Assembly: GCA_964413595.1 (NCBI GenBank)
Contig: CAYPSR010000003.1
Coordinates: 7,950-40,191, forward strand
DNA: 32,242 bases
DNA from: an uncultured Candidatus Saccharibacteria bacterium
GTDB lineage: Bacteria > Patescibacteriota > UBA1384 > DATEAH01 > CAYPSR01
Direction of reading: 5' to 3'
Shown here: piece by piece, positions 1 to 8,228 of the stretch
Numbering within the stretch: the stretch's first letter is position 1
Layout of the letters: each line of letters starts with the position of its first letter
Position numbers and translations under genes: made by a program
The notes under the pieces: model-generated
Databases searched by the model: none
What the model was told of the DNA's origin: nothing
The model's input: only the letters and a program-made list of their open reading frames with translations

Positions 1-2
1 TG

Positions 3-848
3 TTAGTTGCTTTAGCAATTGTTTTTTTAATTATATTTAAACTTAAGCCCGGATTAGATTTTTCAGGTGGAACTCTCTTGGAATTGGAATTTAAATCAAC
101 CGTTAAATCAGAACAAATTGAGAAAGTCTTAACAGATCATTCGATCAAAGGGTTCTTAATACAAAAAACAGGGGATAAATCTTATTTTATTAAATTTCCA
201 AACATTGAAAAAAGCACTATTACAAAAATAAAAAACGATATAAAAAATAAAATAGGGGATAATACTGAAAAAAAATTTGAAACGGTTGGACCAAGTGTAA
301 GCAAAGACTTAACTATTAGGTCTTATTGGTCGGTTGGGATTGCATCACTATTTATTATTTTATTTATTGCATATGCGTTTAGAAAAATTCCAAAACCAGC
401 AAACTCGTTTAGATTTGGTGTAAGCGCTGTTATCGCATTAATACATGATAGCTTATTGGTTTTGGGTTTGTTTGCGTTTTTGGGGCGTTACTATGGGGTA
501 GAGATTGATTCAATGTTTATAACGGCAATTTTAACTGTTTTAGGTTTCTCGGTTCATGATACAATTGTTGTTTTTGATAGAATTAGAGAAAACTTAATGA
601 ATAATCCTGATGATAGTTTTGATGAAAACGCTGGGAAAAGTTTAATTCAAACTATAGACAGATCACTTAATACATCACTTACCGTAATGATTGTTTTAGG
701 AAGTTTACTAATATTTGGAGGAGAATCAATCAGGTGGTTTAATGTGGCACTTCTAGCTGGTGTATTCTTCGGAACATATTCTTCAATATTTGTGGCAACT
801 CAGTTTCTAAGTTATTGGCAGAAATGGGTGGGGAATAAAGATAAATAG
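3..848 (+). CDS. secF: Protein translocase subunit SecF (5' end lies outside the window)
   Basis: Frame is open from base 3 and reads KPGLDFSGGT upstream of the track start. VGPSV, HD, and GFSVHDTIVVFDRIREN / RSLNTSLT are SecF motifs. Confidence 0.96.
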   Translation, partial: LVALAIVFLIIFKLKPGLDFSGGTLLELEFKSTVKSEQIEKVLTDHSIKGFLIQKTGDKSYFIKFPNIEKSTITKIKNDIKNKIGDNTEKKFETVGPSVSKDLTIRSYWSVGIASLFIILFIAYAFRKIPKPANSFRFGVSAVIALIHDSLLVLGLFAFLGRYYGVEIDSMFITAILTVLGFSVHDTIVVFDRIRENLMNNPDDSFDENAGKSLIQTIDRSLNTSLTVMIVLGSLLIFGGESIRWFNVALLAGVFFGTYSSIFVATQFLSYWQKWVGNKDK

Positions 849-1341
849 AAAATACGATAAATAGATAGAAAGATAAAATGTTCTAAAACCAAGAATCAAT
901 TAGGATTATGGGAAGCCCACCTTTTGTGTTTTTTAGACAACCGACATTGTGCGACACTATTGTTTAAGTAAATATTCAATAATTTTCGAAAATGACCTAT
1001 TTTGAGGTCTTTGAAATGGATGATTGATTTAATTTAATTATTTATTAAAAAAGGGGAATTAAAGATTAGAAATTCATTGTTAATTATTTGATTAAAATCT
1101 ATCATTATTATCAGCGTTTATTACATGTAATATGAACCTGGTTATTATTGTTTTAGCCTTAATAACTCTTAGTATATATATGTCGTAAAGCCTCCTGAGT
1201 TATAAAAAGTGATGGTTGATGTATGGTGTATTTGAATAGAACGCAAGTTCTTTTGTTTGCGTAACTAGAACACTACGATAAGATCTAGTTCTACTAGGTT
1301 GTTTGAATGATCTATCTATTAACAACATTAAAACTAACACT

Positions 1342-1369
1342 ATGTCGCATAAGATATAATGTGCGACCG
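1342..1369. other. dif-like tyrosine-recombinase (Xer) site candidate
   Basis: ATGTCGCATAA-GATATA-ATGTGCGACCG: 11-bp imperfect inverted arms around a 6-bp spacer. The left arm and spacer resemble the E. coli dif XerC arm GGTGCGCATAA-TGTATA. It lies where gene orientation converges. Confidence 0.6.
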
Positions 1370-1448
1370 ATTATAAATATGTGTAAACTAGCTTTTTAGT
1401 TATTCTGGTTTGAAGGAGAAGAATCTAGCGAACTAAACAAGCGTGTCT

Positions 1449-1630
1449 AATGGCTTAGAAGGTTTTTGGGGATATTTAAAAAGAAAACTTGTTGCTAAGG
1501 GTGGCATCAGGAAATCAAGACTTCATCTTTATCTTGGTGAATATGTTTGGCGATACAATCACAGACATTTAAATGTTAAAGAACAGACCAAATATTTACT
1601 AAATTTGGTGGCAAAAATCTAACTATACCC
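1449..1630 (+). mobile_element. IS1595-family transposase C-terminal remnant with probable right end
   Basis: 1449-1622 translates as NGLEGFWGYLKRKLVAKGGIRKSRLHLYLGEYVWRYNHR...*, matching the IS1595 (ISXO2-like) N-x2-E-x-F-W ... L-x-E-x2-W-R-Y-N-x-R pattern. It ends in ...CTAACTATACCC, a probable terminal repeat. The upstream part is missing. Confidence 0.85.
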
Positions 1631-1853
1631 TAAATTATTTATAAATTATTATAGTTTATTTTATATTTATATTTTATAGATAATTGACAACTTATTATTT
1701 GATGTTTATACAAAAAATAGTTTTAACTCCCCTATTTTTTGTTGTTGTGTCATCAATATTTTAAAATATAATAAAAAAGTATTAATTTAATGTCGCACAA
1801 CACCTTGCATTATTTTCAATAGATTCATCAAATACTATCTTATTAAATAACAA

Positions 1854-1889
1854 AAAAACGATAAAATCAGCATTGATTCTGTCGTTTTT
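1854..1889. terminator. Probable bidirectional hairpin terminator
   Basis: AAAAACGA...AATCA-GCAT-TGATT...TCGTTTTT inverted repeat with A/T tracts on both sides, downstream of the minus-strand operon. Confidence 0.5.
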
Positions 1890-1964
1890 ATGATATACTT
1901 ATCAACTATATATTGTTATATCCCCTGTCGTACAAGTATTACCTTAATAATATAAATTACACTA

Positions 1965-2390
1965 TTAATGTTGATAGTGTTTTTGAAATTCTTGTTTTAA
2001 TAATAAATATCTTCTTTCTACACCTTGATAATATATTTTATTATCAGGATGATCGGAGTTAAGCATGGCATCTCTTGAAGCTTCTCCCTGTGTTTTAATT
2101 TTCAGCCTGCCTTCTTTAAATTGCCCATTTGTAAAATCTATTTCATCTCCGTTTGGGAGCTGGTTCCAATAGTGTCCTACATCATATGAAACTACAATTT
2201 TTCCACCACATATATCTTGAATAATTAAGGAGGTGGGCTCACATTGCCCTGCCGAAGGATTTTCTTCTGACCAATCTAAATAGCATGAAGTTTCTCTTGA
2301 CCAAGATTTTCTTAAAGCATCTGCTATTCTATTAAAAAATCCTTCCAATTCCCCTTTTTGAGTTTGGCTAAAATCAATTTTTTCAGTCAT
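1965..2390 (-). CDS. YunG-family protein
   Basis: WSRETS, NPSAGQC and HYWNQLPNGDEIDFTNGQF motifs as in YunG-like proteins; Cys/His/Asp are arranged like a possible catalytic triad. Confidence 0.7.
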   Translation of the reverse strand: MTEKIDFSQTQKGELEGFFNRIADALRKSWSRETSCYLDWSEENPSAGQCEPTSLIIQDICGGKIVVSYDVGHYWNQLPNGDEIDFTNGQFKEGRLKIKTQGEASRDAMLNSDHPDNKIYYQGVERRYLLLKQEFQKHYQH

Positions 2391-2402
2391 AATTTTTAGT
2401 TC

Positions 2403-5400
2403 TTATTTATCCTCATCAATATGAATGGGTTTATTAGGTTCGATAATTGTTGGTTGAATTGAGGTGCCATCAGTATTTTTTACACTTGGTAGTTGTTCCT
2501 CAACTTTATCTGCTTCTGGTCTTTCAAATATATTAGGTAAAGATGCAGAAGGCTGTGGAGTTAACACGGAATTTTGCGGAATTATATTAGACTGAGATTT
2601 CTCGTTTGCACTCGAAATGACGTCGGGAGGAGTTGCTTGAGGCGTCTGATGAGCTATTTGATGGATATTTGAATTTATAGTTGGCTCTTCGTGAACTACG
2701 TTTTCTTGGTTGGCTGGAACCTCGTTAGCTTGATTAATTTCTAGAGGCTGTATTGCAACCGTGGAATCTTGCGAAATTATCTTTTCAGCATCTAATCTCG
2801 AGTCGCCTGCTGGCTTTTGAGGAGATTCCTCGCCGTCGCTCAAAATGACAGTACTTACAGGTTCCTCTTGATACCATCTTTCTCCTTCGCTATCAACATA
2901 TTCATACCAGCGTTTCCTATTTGCTCTTATTACCGCAGAGGGTCCTTTGCCTTTTTTCTTTTCTTGTTGTTCTGGTTCTGTTTTACCAGCCGGTGTTTGA
3001 TTATATTGTAATGATTCTTCAATCATTTTTTCAACTTCATCTCGTGGTTTAGTGTTATTTGTGCGTGAGTTTTCAATAATATGTGTTGAAAAAGATTGGT
3101 CAGCAGTAATTGGTGGTAAAGTAATTGCGGAAAACGCAGGTGATGTTACACCATCAATCGACATTTTTACATAAATGTGAAATTTGTCTAAATTTATTAA
3201 ATCTGTTTCATCAAAAACTGGCGCCATTTCTTTGGCCAAATAAGGTGCGTCTTGAGCCCCAACTCTAAATGTAATTATTGTTCCAACATTGCCAAAAACA
3301 GCATCTCTTACCTCTTCTGGCATTTGTGCAATATATTGATTAGCAACTATAATCGACAATTTGTATTTTCGAGCTTCTGAAAAAATTGTTGCAAAACTCT
3401 CTGTGGCAAAATTTTGAAATTCATCAACATACATAAAGAAATCTTTTCTATCATCTTCATCCATGTATGCCCTATTCATTGCGGCTAGCTGAATTTTAGT
3501 AATTAACATGGCACCCAAAAGTGCTGAATTATCCTCACCTATTTTTCCTTTTGATAGATTAACAAGTAGGATTTTATTTCCGTTTATAATTTCATCTAAG
3601 TCAATTGTGCTTTTTGGTTGGCCAATAATATTTCTGATGATTGGAGATGATACAAATTGACCAACTTTGTTTTGGATTGGAGCAATTGCCTCGCTTCGCA
3701 GTTTGTCATTATATCCTTCAAATTCTTTTGTCCAAAACTCTCTAATTACTGGGTCTTGAATAGTATCAACAACAGATTGCCTGAAGGTTTTATCTGATAA
3801 AATTCTAAGAATATCAATCATGGTAGAGTTTGGGTAATCCATGAGCGCCATAATTGCATTTCTTAAAATATGTTCTAATCTTGGTCCCCAAGTAAACGCC
3901 CAAATCTTTTGAAATATTCCAATCATACCTGAGACAACAAGTGTTTTCATTTCTGGATTAATATTTTCAAGTAAATTAAATCCTATTGGATGTTCTGCAT
4001 CGGATGGATCAAAAATAACTACATCTTTAATTCTGTGTTCAGGGATGTTTTTTAAAACCCGCTCGTATGGATCACCATGAGGATCTATAAAGGCAATTCC
4101 ACGACCCTCTCTAATATCATCCATTGCCATGTTTTCTAGCATTGTAGATTTACCAACACCTGTTTTACCAACAACATAGGTATGTTTTCTCCGATCGTCT
4201 GTTTTAATACCAAAATCAATTACTGCATTTCTAAAATCAGTTTTTGCAAAAACTGTTAATTCATCTGCTGGAACTTTACCTTTTATTGGTAAATTAGATG
4301 GAGACTCTCCGCGCTTACTTCCCGCCCAGACAATGTTCGGTGTTTCAACAGTTACAGAAGGTAGATGAAAAATAGATGCAAGCTCTTCAATATTTAAAAT
4401 ATAAGCATTTTTATCAATTGCCCTGGTTTTATAATCAGAAATAGCGCCAATATCGTTTATGGAAATATTTTTAACAACAAAACCATTTTGGTTTGTGGTT
4501 GTAAATTGTTTAAAAACTCCAGCAAGATTTTGGAGCTTGTTTCTTGCGTCTTCAGCTGTGTTTGAAACAACGGCTAAGCGCATTTTTGTTTTATAACCCA
4601 AAAGCGTTGTTTTTGTTTCTATTGCTTTTAAAGCTTCTTCTAAAGTTGACGGAAGTTCTGGTTTTTCATCACTTTTTTCAGTCATTTCTTTTTGGTATTC
4701 GGGATTCATAATAGTCTTTACAAGATCTTTCCCGAGTTCTAGTGTTCCAGATGCGATTGCCTTTCCAAAACCACCATTTTTGGATTTGCCACTTCTGACA
4801 GAATCAACATAAGAGTTTCCGTCTTGTGTCCATTCGTCTGATGCTGGTTCAATAACTATTTGAATCCATAGATTTTCAAAATCTTGAGACTCTGTTAAGG
4901 CAGAAGTAATTCCAGCCAAAGGATCAACTTCAAAATTTGGAAAAGTTTTGATTGGATAAAACTGCTCTTTTGTTAGTTCTACATCAGCAGTTGCAACAAC
5001 TTTTTGTTCTAAATTGATATTATTTGTATAATCTTCAACTGTTTGAATAGAGACTTTTGGATACTGCGCATATATTTGTCCTTCTATATAACTCTTTAAA
5101 GTTTCTGGGACGTATGCATAAAAACGAATACTTTTTTCAGAAGATATAATTTCAAAAGACAAATGTTCTTGAATTCTCTCGTGAAATTTTACTTCATGTG
5201 GATCACGATAAATTCCATGAATTGCAGCAAACATTTGCTGGGCTGCTAGCGGAGTTTTGTCGTTGTCTTTTGGAACATCAATTTGTAATAAAAGATATTT
5301 TTTATTATCTACGACTTGAGATTTCTTTTTATTTTTTAAAGTTTGATAAATAAAAAAAATAATACCGATTACACCAGCAACAATAACGATCCATATAATT

Positions 5401-5405
5401 GTCAT
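2403..5405 (-). CDS. Membrane-anchored TrwB/VirD4/HerA-superfamily ATPase (CPR type IV secretion-like), copy B with long disordered C-tail
   Basis: N-terminal TM helix, Walker A GKTGVGKST, IDPHGD, Walker B FMYVDEFQNF, SEARKY, NQYIAQ. Start moved to ATG 5405 because an extended -10 lies 6 nt upstream and the track's TTG start overlaps it. Confidence 0.88.
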   Translation of the reverse strand: MTIIWIVIVAGVIGIIFFIYQTLKNKKKSQVVDNKKYLLLQIDVPKDNDKTPLAAQQMFAAIHGIYRDPHEVKFHERIQEHLSFEIISSEKSIRFYAYVPETLKSYIEGQIYAQYPKVSIQTVEDYTNNINLEQKVVATADVELTKEQFYPIKTFPNFEVDPLAGITSALTESQDFENLWIQIVIEPASDEWTQDGNSYVDSVRSGKSKNGGFGKAIASGTLELGKDLVKTIMNPEYQKEMTEKSDEKPELPSTLEEALKAIETKTTLLGYKTKMRLAVVSNTAEDARNKLQNLAGVFKQFTTTNQNGFVVKNISINDIGAISDYKTRAIDKNAYILNIEELASIFHLPSVTVETPNIVWAGSKRGESPSNLPIKGKVPADELTVFAKTDFRNAVIDFGIKTDDRRKHTYVVGKTGVGKSTMLENMAMDDIREGRGIAFIDPHGDPYERVLKNIPEHRIKDVVIFDPSDAEHPIGFNLLENINPEMKTLVVSGMIGIFQKIWAFTWGPRLEHILRNAIMALMDYPNSTMIDILRILSDKTFRQSVVDTIQDPVIREFWTKEFEGYNDKLRSEAIAPIQNKVGQFVSSPIIRNIIGQPKSTIDLDEIINGNKILLVNLSKGKIGEDNSALLGAMLITKIQLAAMNRAYMDEDDRKDFFMYVDEFQNFATESFATIFSEARKYKLSIIVANQYIAQMPEEVRDAVFGNVGTIITFRVGAQDAPYLAKEMAPVFDETDLINLDKFHIYVKMSIDGVTSPAFSAITLPPITADQSFSTHIIENSRTNNTKPRDEVEKMIEESLQYNQTPAGKTEPEQQEKKKGKGPSAVIRANRKRWYEYVDSEGERWYQEEPVSTVILSDGEESPQKPAGDSRLDAEKIISQDSTVAIQPLEINQANEVPANQENVVHEEPTINSNIHQIAHQTPQATPPDVISSANEKSQSNIIPQNSVLTPQPSASLPNIFERPEADKVEEQLPSVKNTDGTSIQPTIIEPNKPIHIDEDK
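2594..2621 (-). repeat. 28-bp dispersed palindromic repeat, in-frame within ATPase
   Basis: GTCATTTCGAGTGCAAACGAGAAATCTC; 25/28 identical to the intergenic copy at 12877-12904. Confidence 0.85.
2822..2849 (-). repeat. 28-bp dispersed palindromic repeat, second in-frame copy within ATPase
   Basis: GTCATTTTGAGCGACGGCGAGGAATCTC; same ends and length as the other copies. Confidence 0.75.
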
Positions 5406-5459
5406 AATTAGATAGTACCAGAATGATGTCAAAATAATCTCCTTTTTATAATAAAATTT

Positions 5460-5912
5460 TTATCTTCTAACCGCATCCATAGTATCAAGCATCTCTATTA
5501 CGCTTTTTGCCCATTTATCTCTTGTGGTCTGCACTTGTTCCATAAAATCCTCGCCGAATAATTCCTTACATACCGTTGGAAATAGTTGAGTTATTAAATC
5601 TAATGGCTCACTTCTTCCTACCAGAGGATGAAATACTCTTTCGTAGCGATCTGTTTTAATGTTATATCTTAATCCTGTATTTAAATGATTGAGAGATTCA
5701 ATCATTCCGTAATAATAATTCTCTGGGGACATAGCGGGCTTAACTATTCTTGACATATAATCAGCAAATTGATAAAGTTCCTCTGGTTGATCTGGAACTA
5801 AAGTTTTCATATCCACAAGCTTTCTTTGGGCATTATGAATAACAACTGGCTTTTCTTTAATCGATTTAAATCTAAGCATTTCCATTTTTTTCCTAATCCC
5901 CTTTTCTGTCAT
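5460..5912 (-). CDS. Hypothetical protein
   Basis: 150-aa ORF co-oriented with neighbours, no motif recognised. The start codon is supplied by an adjacent palindromic element, so the start is uncertain. Confidence 0.65.
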   Translation of the reverse strand: MTEKGIRKKMEMLRFKSIKEKPVVIHNAQRKLVDMKTLVPDQPEELYQFADYMSRIVKPAMSPENYYYGMIESLNHLNTGLRYNIKTDRYERVFHPLVGRSEPLDLITQLFPTVCKELFGEDFMEQVQTTRDKWAKSVIEMLDTMDAVRR

Positions 5913-6052
5913 TCCGGAATTTTGAAAAAATATCCGGAATCTATATAATAATAATTTCTATCTTGGATTCCTGCTTTCGACCTAAAGGGTCCCCGTTGGG
6001 GCAGGAATAACACGTTGGTTTAATTGAGATTTCTCACTTCGTTCGAAACGAC
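5908..6052. repeat. Cluster of REP-like palindromes
   Basis: GTCATTCCGGA...TCCGGAAT; ATTCCTGC...GCAGGAAT enclosing CCTAAAGGGTCCCCGTTGGG (similar to CCCAAAGGGTTCCCTTCGGG near 12672); and a GAGATTTCTC...TCGAAACGAC copy at 6026-6052. Confidence 0.7.
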
Positions 6053-6126
6053 AAATTCTTTTTTAATATATTATAGTTATCGCGAAGCAATACCATAATT
6101 TTTATTTTTTATTTTTAATTTTTAAT

Positions 6127-7155
6127 TTACTTCTTTGCCAGTCCCCACTCGTGCCCTTGGATTCGTTTGAACATTGGTTTTGAAACTAAATTCATTATAA
6201 TTGTGTTTTTAGCAACCTGTCTTTGGCCTAATACTTTTTCTATAATTTTGTCTTGATCCATTGTTTTTTCTTTGTTTAGCATCTCTATAATTAATTCTGC
6301 TACTGTTCCTTCATTATAACCCCATTTTCTCAAAGCATAAATACCTTTTCCAATTAAAACAAATCTGTTATCTGCAATTAATTCATTGTGAACAGTTGCG
6401 GTTGAAGGAACTTTTCCAGCAAATTTATAAAACTTAATCCTTTCACCAATATCTTTAAAATGTAATGGTTTATTTGCATATTCTAAAACATAGTTGATTT
6501 TATTTCTTGTATTTTTAGGATTAATTTCTGGCCAAAAAATCAAACCTACTTTATCTTCTCTGATAACAAATGTGTTGTATGAACCTTCTAAAAGTGATTT
6601 TAAAAACCTAGAGTCGAACTTAACAATATCTTTATCTAAAACTGAAATAAGTTCTTCAAGTTTTATAATTTTTCCTTTATTTTTTAAGTATTCTTGACCT
6701 TTTTCAATAACCCTATTTAAATCATCTTTATCAGCATTTTTAATTGTCCAAAATACATCTAGATGATCAACTTTTATGTTTTTTAATTTTGGGTTACTCT
6801 CAGCGATTAGGTTTACAGAACCTAGAATTTCTGGTTCATTTTCATGGCCAAAATGTTGGATTAAGGTTCTTTCGCCAATAACTCCACCGTTTTTTTGAAT
6901 ATAGTTTTCAATTAATATAAAAAGAGACTGGATCTTTGGATTCTTAATTTTTACCAATCTTTTTTTTGCTTGATTAATAATTTGCCTCGCACGCTCTCGA
7001 GTAATTTGAAATTTTTTTCCGATATTTTCTAAAGTCCAAAACGGCTCATTATTTAATCCATATCTTAAAATAATAATACTTTTTTCACGTTCTTTTAAGA
7101 CGTCGATTGAACCTAATACCTCTTTTACAAGTTGTTGGTTTTTTAGTTTTTTCAT
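6127..7155 (-). CDS. Sigma-70 region-4-like HTH fused to winged-HTH (HARE-HTH / RNAP delta-like) domains
   Basis: N-terminal EREK..LRYGL..TLENIGKKFQITRERARQI is sigma region 4. C-terminal PLHFKDI...TVHNELIADNRFVLIGKGIYALRKW is HARE-HTH-like. No sigma region 2 is visible. Confidence 0.8.
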   Translation of the reverse strand: MKKLKNQQLVKEVLGSIDVLKEREKSIIILRYGLNNEPFWTLENIGKKFQITRERARQIINQAKKRLVKIKNPKIQSLFILIENYIQKNGGVIGERTLIQHFGHENEPEILGSVNLIAESNPKLKNIKVDHLDVFWTIKNADKDDLNRVIEKGQEYLKNKGKIIKLEELISVLDKDIVKFDSRFLKSLLEGSYNTFVIREDKVGLIFWPEINPKNTRNKINYVLEYANKPLHFKDIGERIKFYKFAGKVPSTATVHNELIADNRFVLIGKGIYALRKWGYNEGTVAELIIEMLNKEKTMDQDKIIEKVLGQRQVAKNTIIMNLVSKPMFKRIQGHEWGLAKK

Positions 7156-7161
7156 AATGTA

Positions 7162-7205
7162 ATTATAACATATATTATATATAGAGTCAAGAGATTTTGA
7201 CTCTA
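7162..7205 (-). promoter_or_regulatory. Sigma-70 promoter (leaderless) with inverted repeat over -35
   Basis: TTGACT-17bp-TATAAT with TG extension, 6 nt from the ATG. TAGAGTCAA-N6-TTGACTCTA at 7182-7205. Confidence 0.75.
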
Positions 7206-7281
7206 AATAATTTTATTATTTTTTAATTTTAAGTTTTAAATTTTTAAATCAATATTAAATTAAATAATGATAATTGATAAA

Positions 7282-7632
7282 TTATTTCTTCCTAATTGTA
7301 AGAATGATCTTAGAAAATATTAGTGTTAATTCTTGGCACTCATTTAAAAGATCTTTTAGATACTTTTCTTTTTCGGGGTTTGTTTTTCAAAGTAACATTA
7401 ACCAGTATTTAGTCTCACGAGCTTCTTTTTTACATATGCATATTTTGTGAGTAATGGCGCCATTTGCTTCAAAATAATTAGCACCAACGCTTGTTGTAGA
7501 TTTCAAGATTTGTTTAATTATGTTTTGATTAATAATTGATATTTTAATTGATTTGCATAAATCTAAAACGTCTATGCTGAATTTAGTAGTTCTTTTTTCT
7601 AGATTAAATTTATTTTCTGGATTATTTATCAT
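7282..7632 (-). pseudogene. Four-helix-bundle (23S rRNA IVP / Avd-like) protein with in-frame TGA
   Basis: LEKRT..FS, KQILKS..SVGANY.EA and KEARETKYWL motifs. TGA at 7387-7389 is followed in frame by the typical last helix ECQELTLIFSKII, to TAA at 7282-7284. There is also an apparent short deletion after EANGA. Confidence 0.8.
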
Positions 7633-7685
7633 TTGATATTTTGCAATTAAAATTCAATTAAAATTTGTTATTTATAATTTAAAAT

Positions 7686-8228
7686 TTAGTTAACTGGTAT
7701 TATATTTTCTATCGCTGCATGTTTGCAATTATTGTTTTTTGCTACAATAATAGTTGCCTCATCTCCTTCTTTGGCTTTAAAATATGAAAGCGAGGCTTTT
7801 AAAAGATTATAATATTTGCCCTCACAATATGCACAAAGGTCATTGTTCTTTTTTTTGATCTGAGCCAACTTTGTTTCTCTTTCAATTGGTTCGATTTGTT
7901 TGAATATAAATGATCCGTCAGCGGTTATAATAAGCTTTAATATATCGCCTTCAACTAGCTTTGATTTAGAGGCATAATTTTCAGGTACGCTGAATTTTCT
8001 TTTGTTTTTATCAATTAGGTGTTGACCATTATATATGCCTTCAACAATTTGTACAAAACCATTATTATCGGATTCTTGATGATTATTTGAGCTGTAATAA
8101 AAACTTTTCCTATTTGATGGATTTTTGGACATTAATTTTTCCGCTTTTTCAAGCAGACTATTAGCTTTTTCAATCATCTTTTGAGCTTTTTCAAACTCTG
8201 CTTTCTGGTGATTCAATTGATCCTCCAT
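7686..8228 (-). CDS. Conserved CPR-type hypothetical protein (coiled coil + beta-rich domain)
   Basis: VPENYASKSKLVEGDILKL...DGSFIFKQI motif, recalled from uncharacterised CPR proteins; overlaps the upstream ATPase by 38 nt. Confidence 0.75.
   Translation of the reverse strand: MEDQLNHQKAEFEKAQKMIEKANSLLEKAEKLMSKNPSNRKSFYYSSNNHQESDNNGFVQIVEGIYNGQHLIDKNKRKFSVPENYASKSKLVEGDILKLIITADGSFIFKQIEPIERETKLAQIKKKNNDLCAYCEGKYYNLLKASLSYFKAKEGDEATIIVAKNNNCKHAAIENIIPVN

Noticed and set aside
1132-1188. 18-codon hydrophobic ORF MNLVIIVLALITLSIYMS
   Set aside because: No RBS and too short; T-rich DNA readily yields hydrophobic peptides by chance.
849-1964. Replication origin
   Set aside because: No cluster of TTATCCACA-type DnaA boxes noticed, no dnaA nearby, and flanking genes converge rather than diverge.
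7387-7389. TGA-to-Gly recoding (genetic code 25) to explain the in-frame TGA
   Set aside because: ORFs of 800-1000 codons contain no internal TGA, and TGA acts as a normal stop (8191, truB ATGA overlap), so code 11 applies.
7282-7632. Diversity-generating retroelement suggested by the Avd-like gene
   Set aside because: No reverse transcriptase and no template/variable repeat pair seen in the window.
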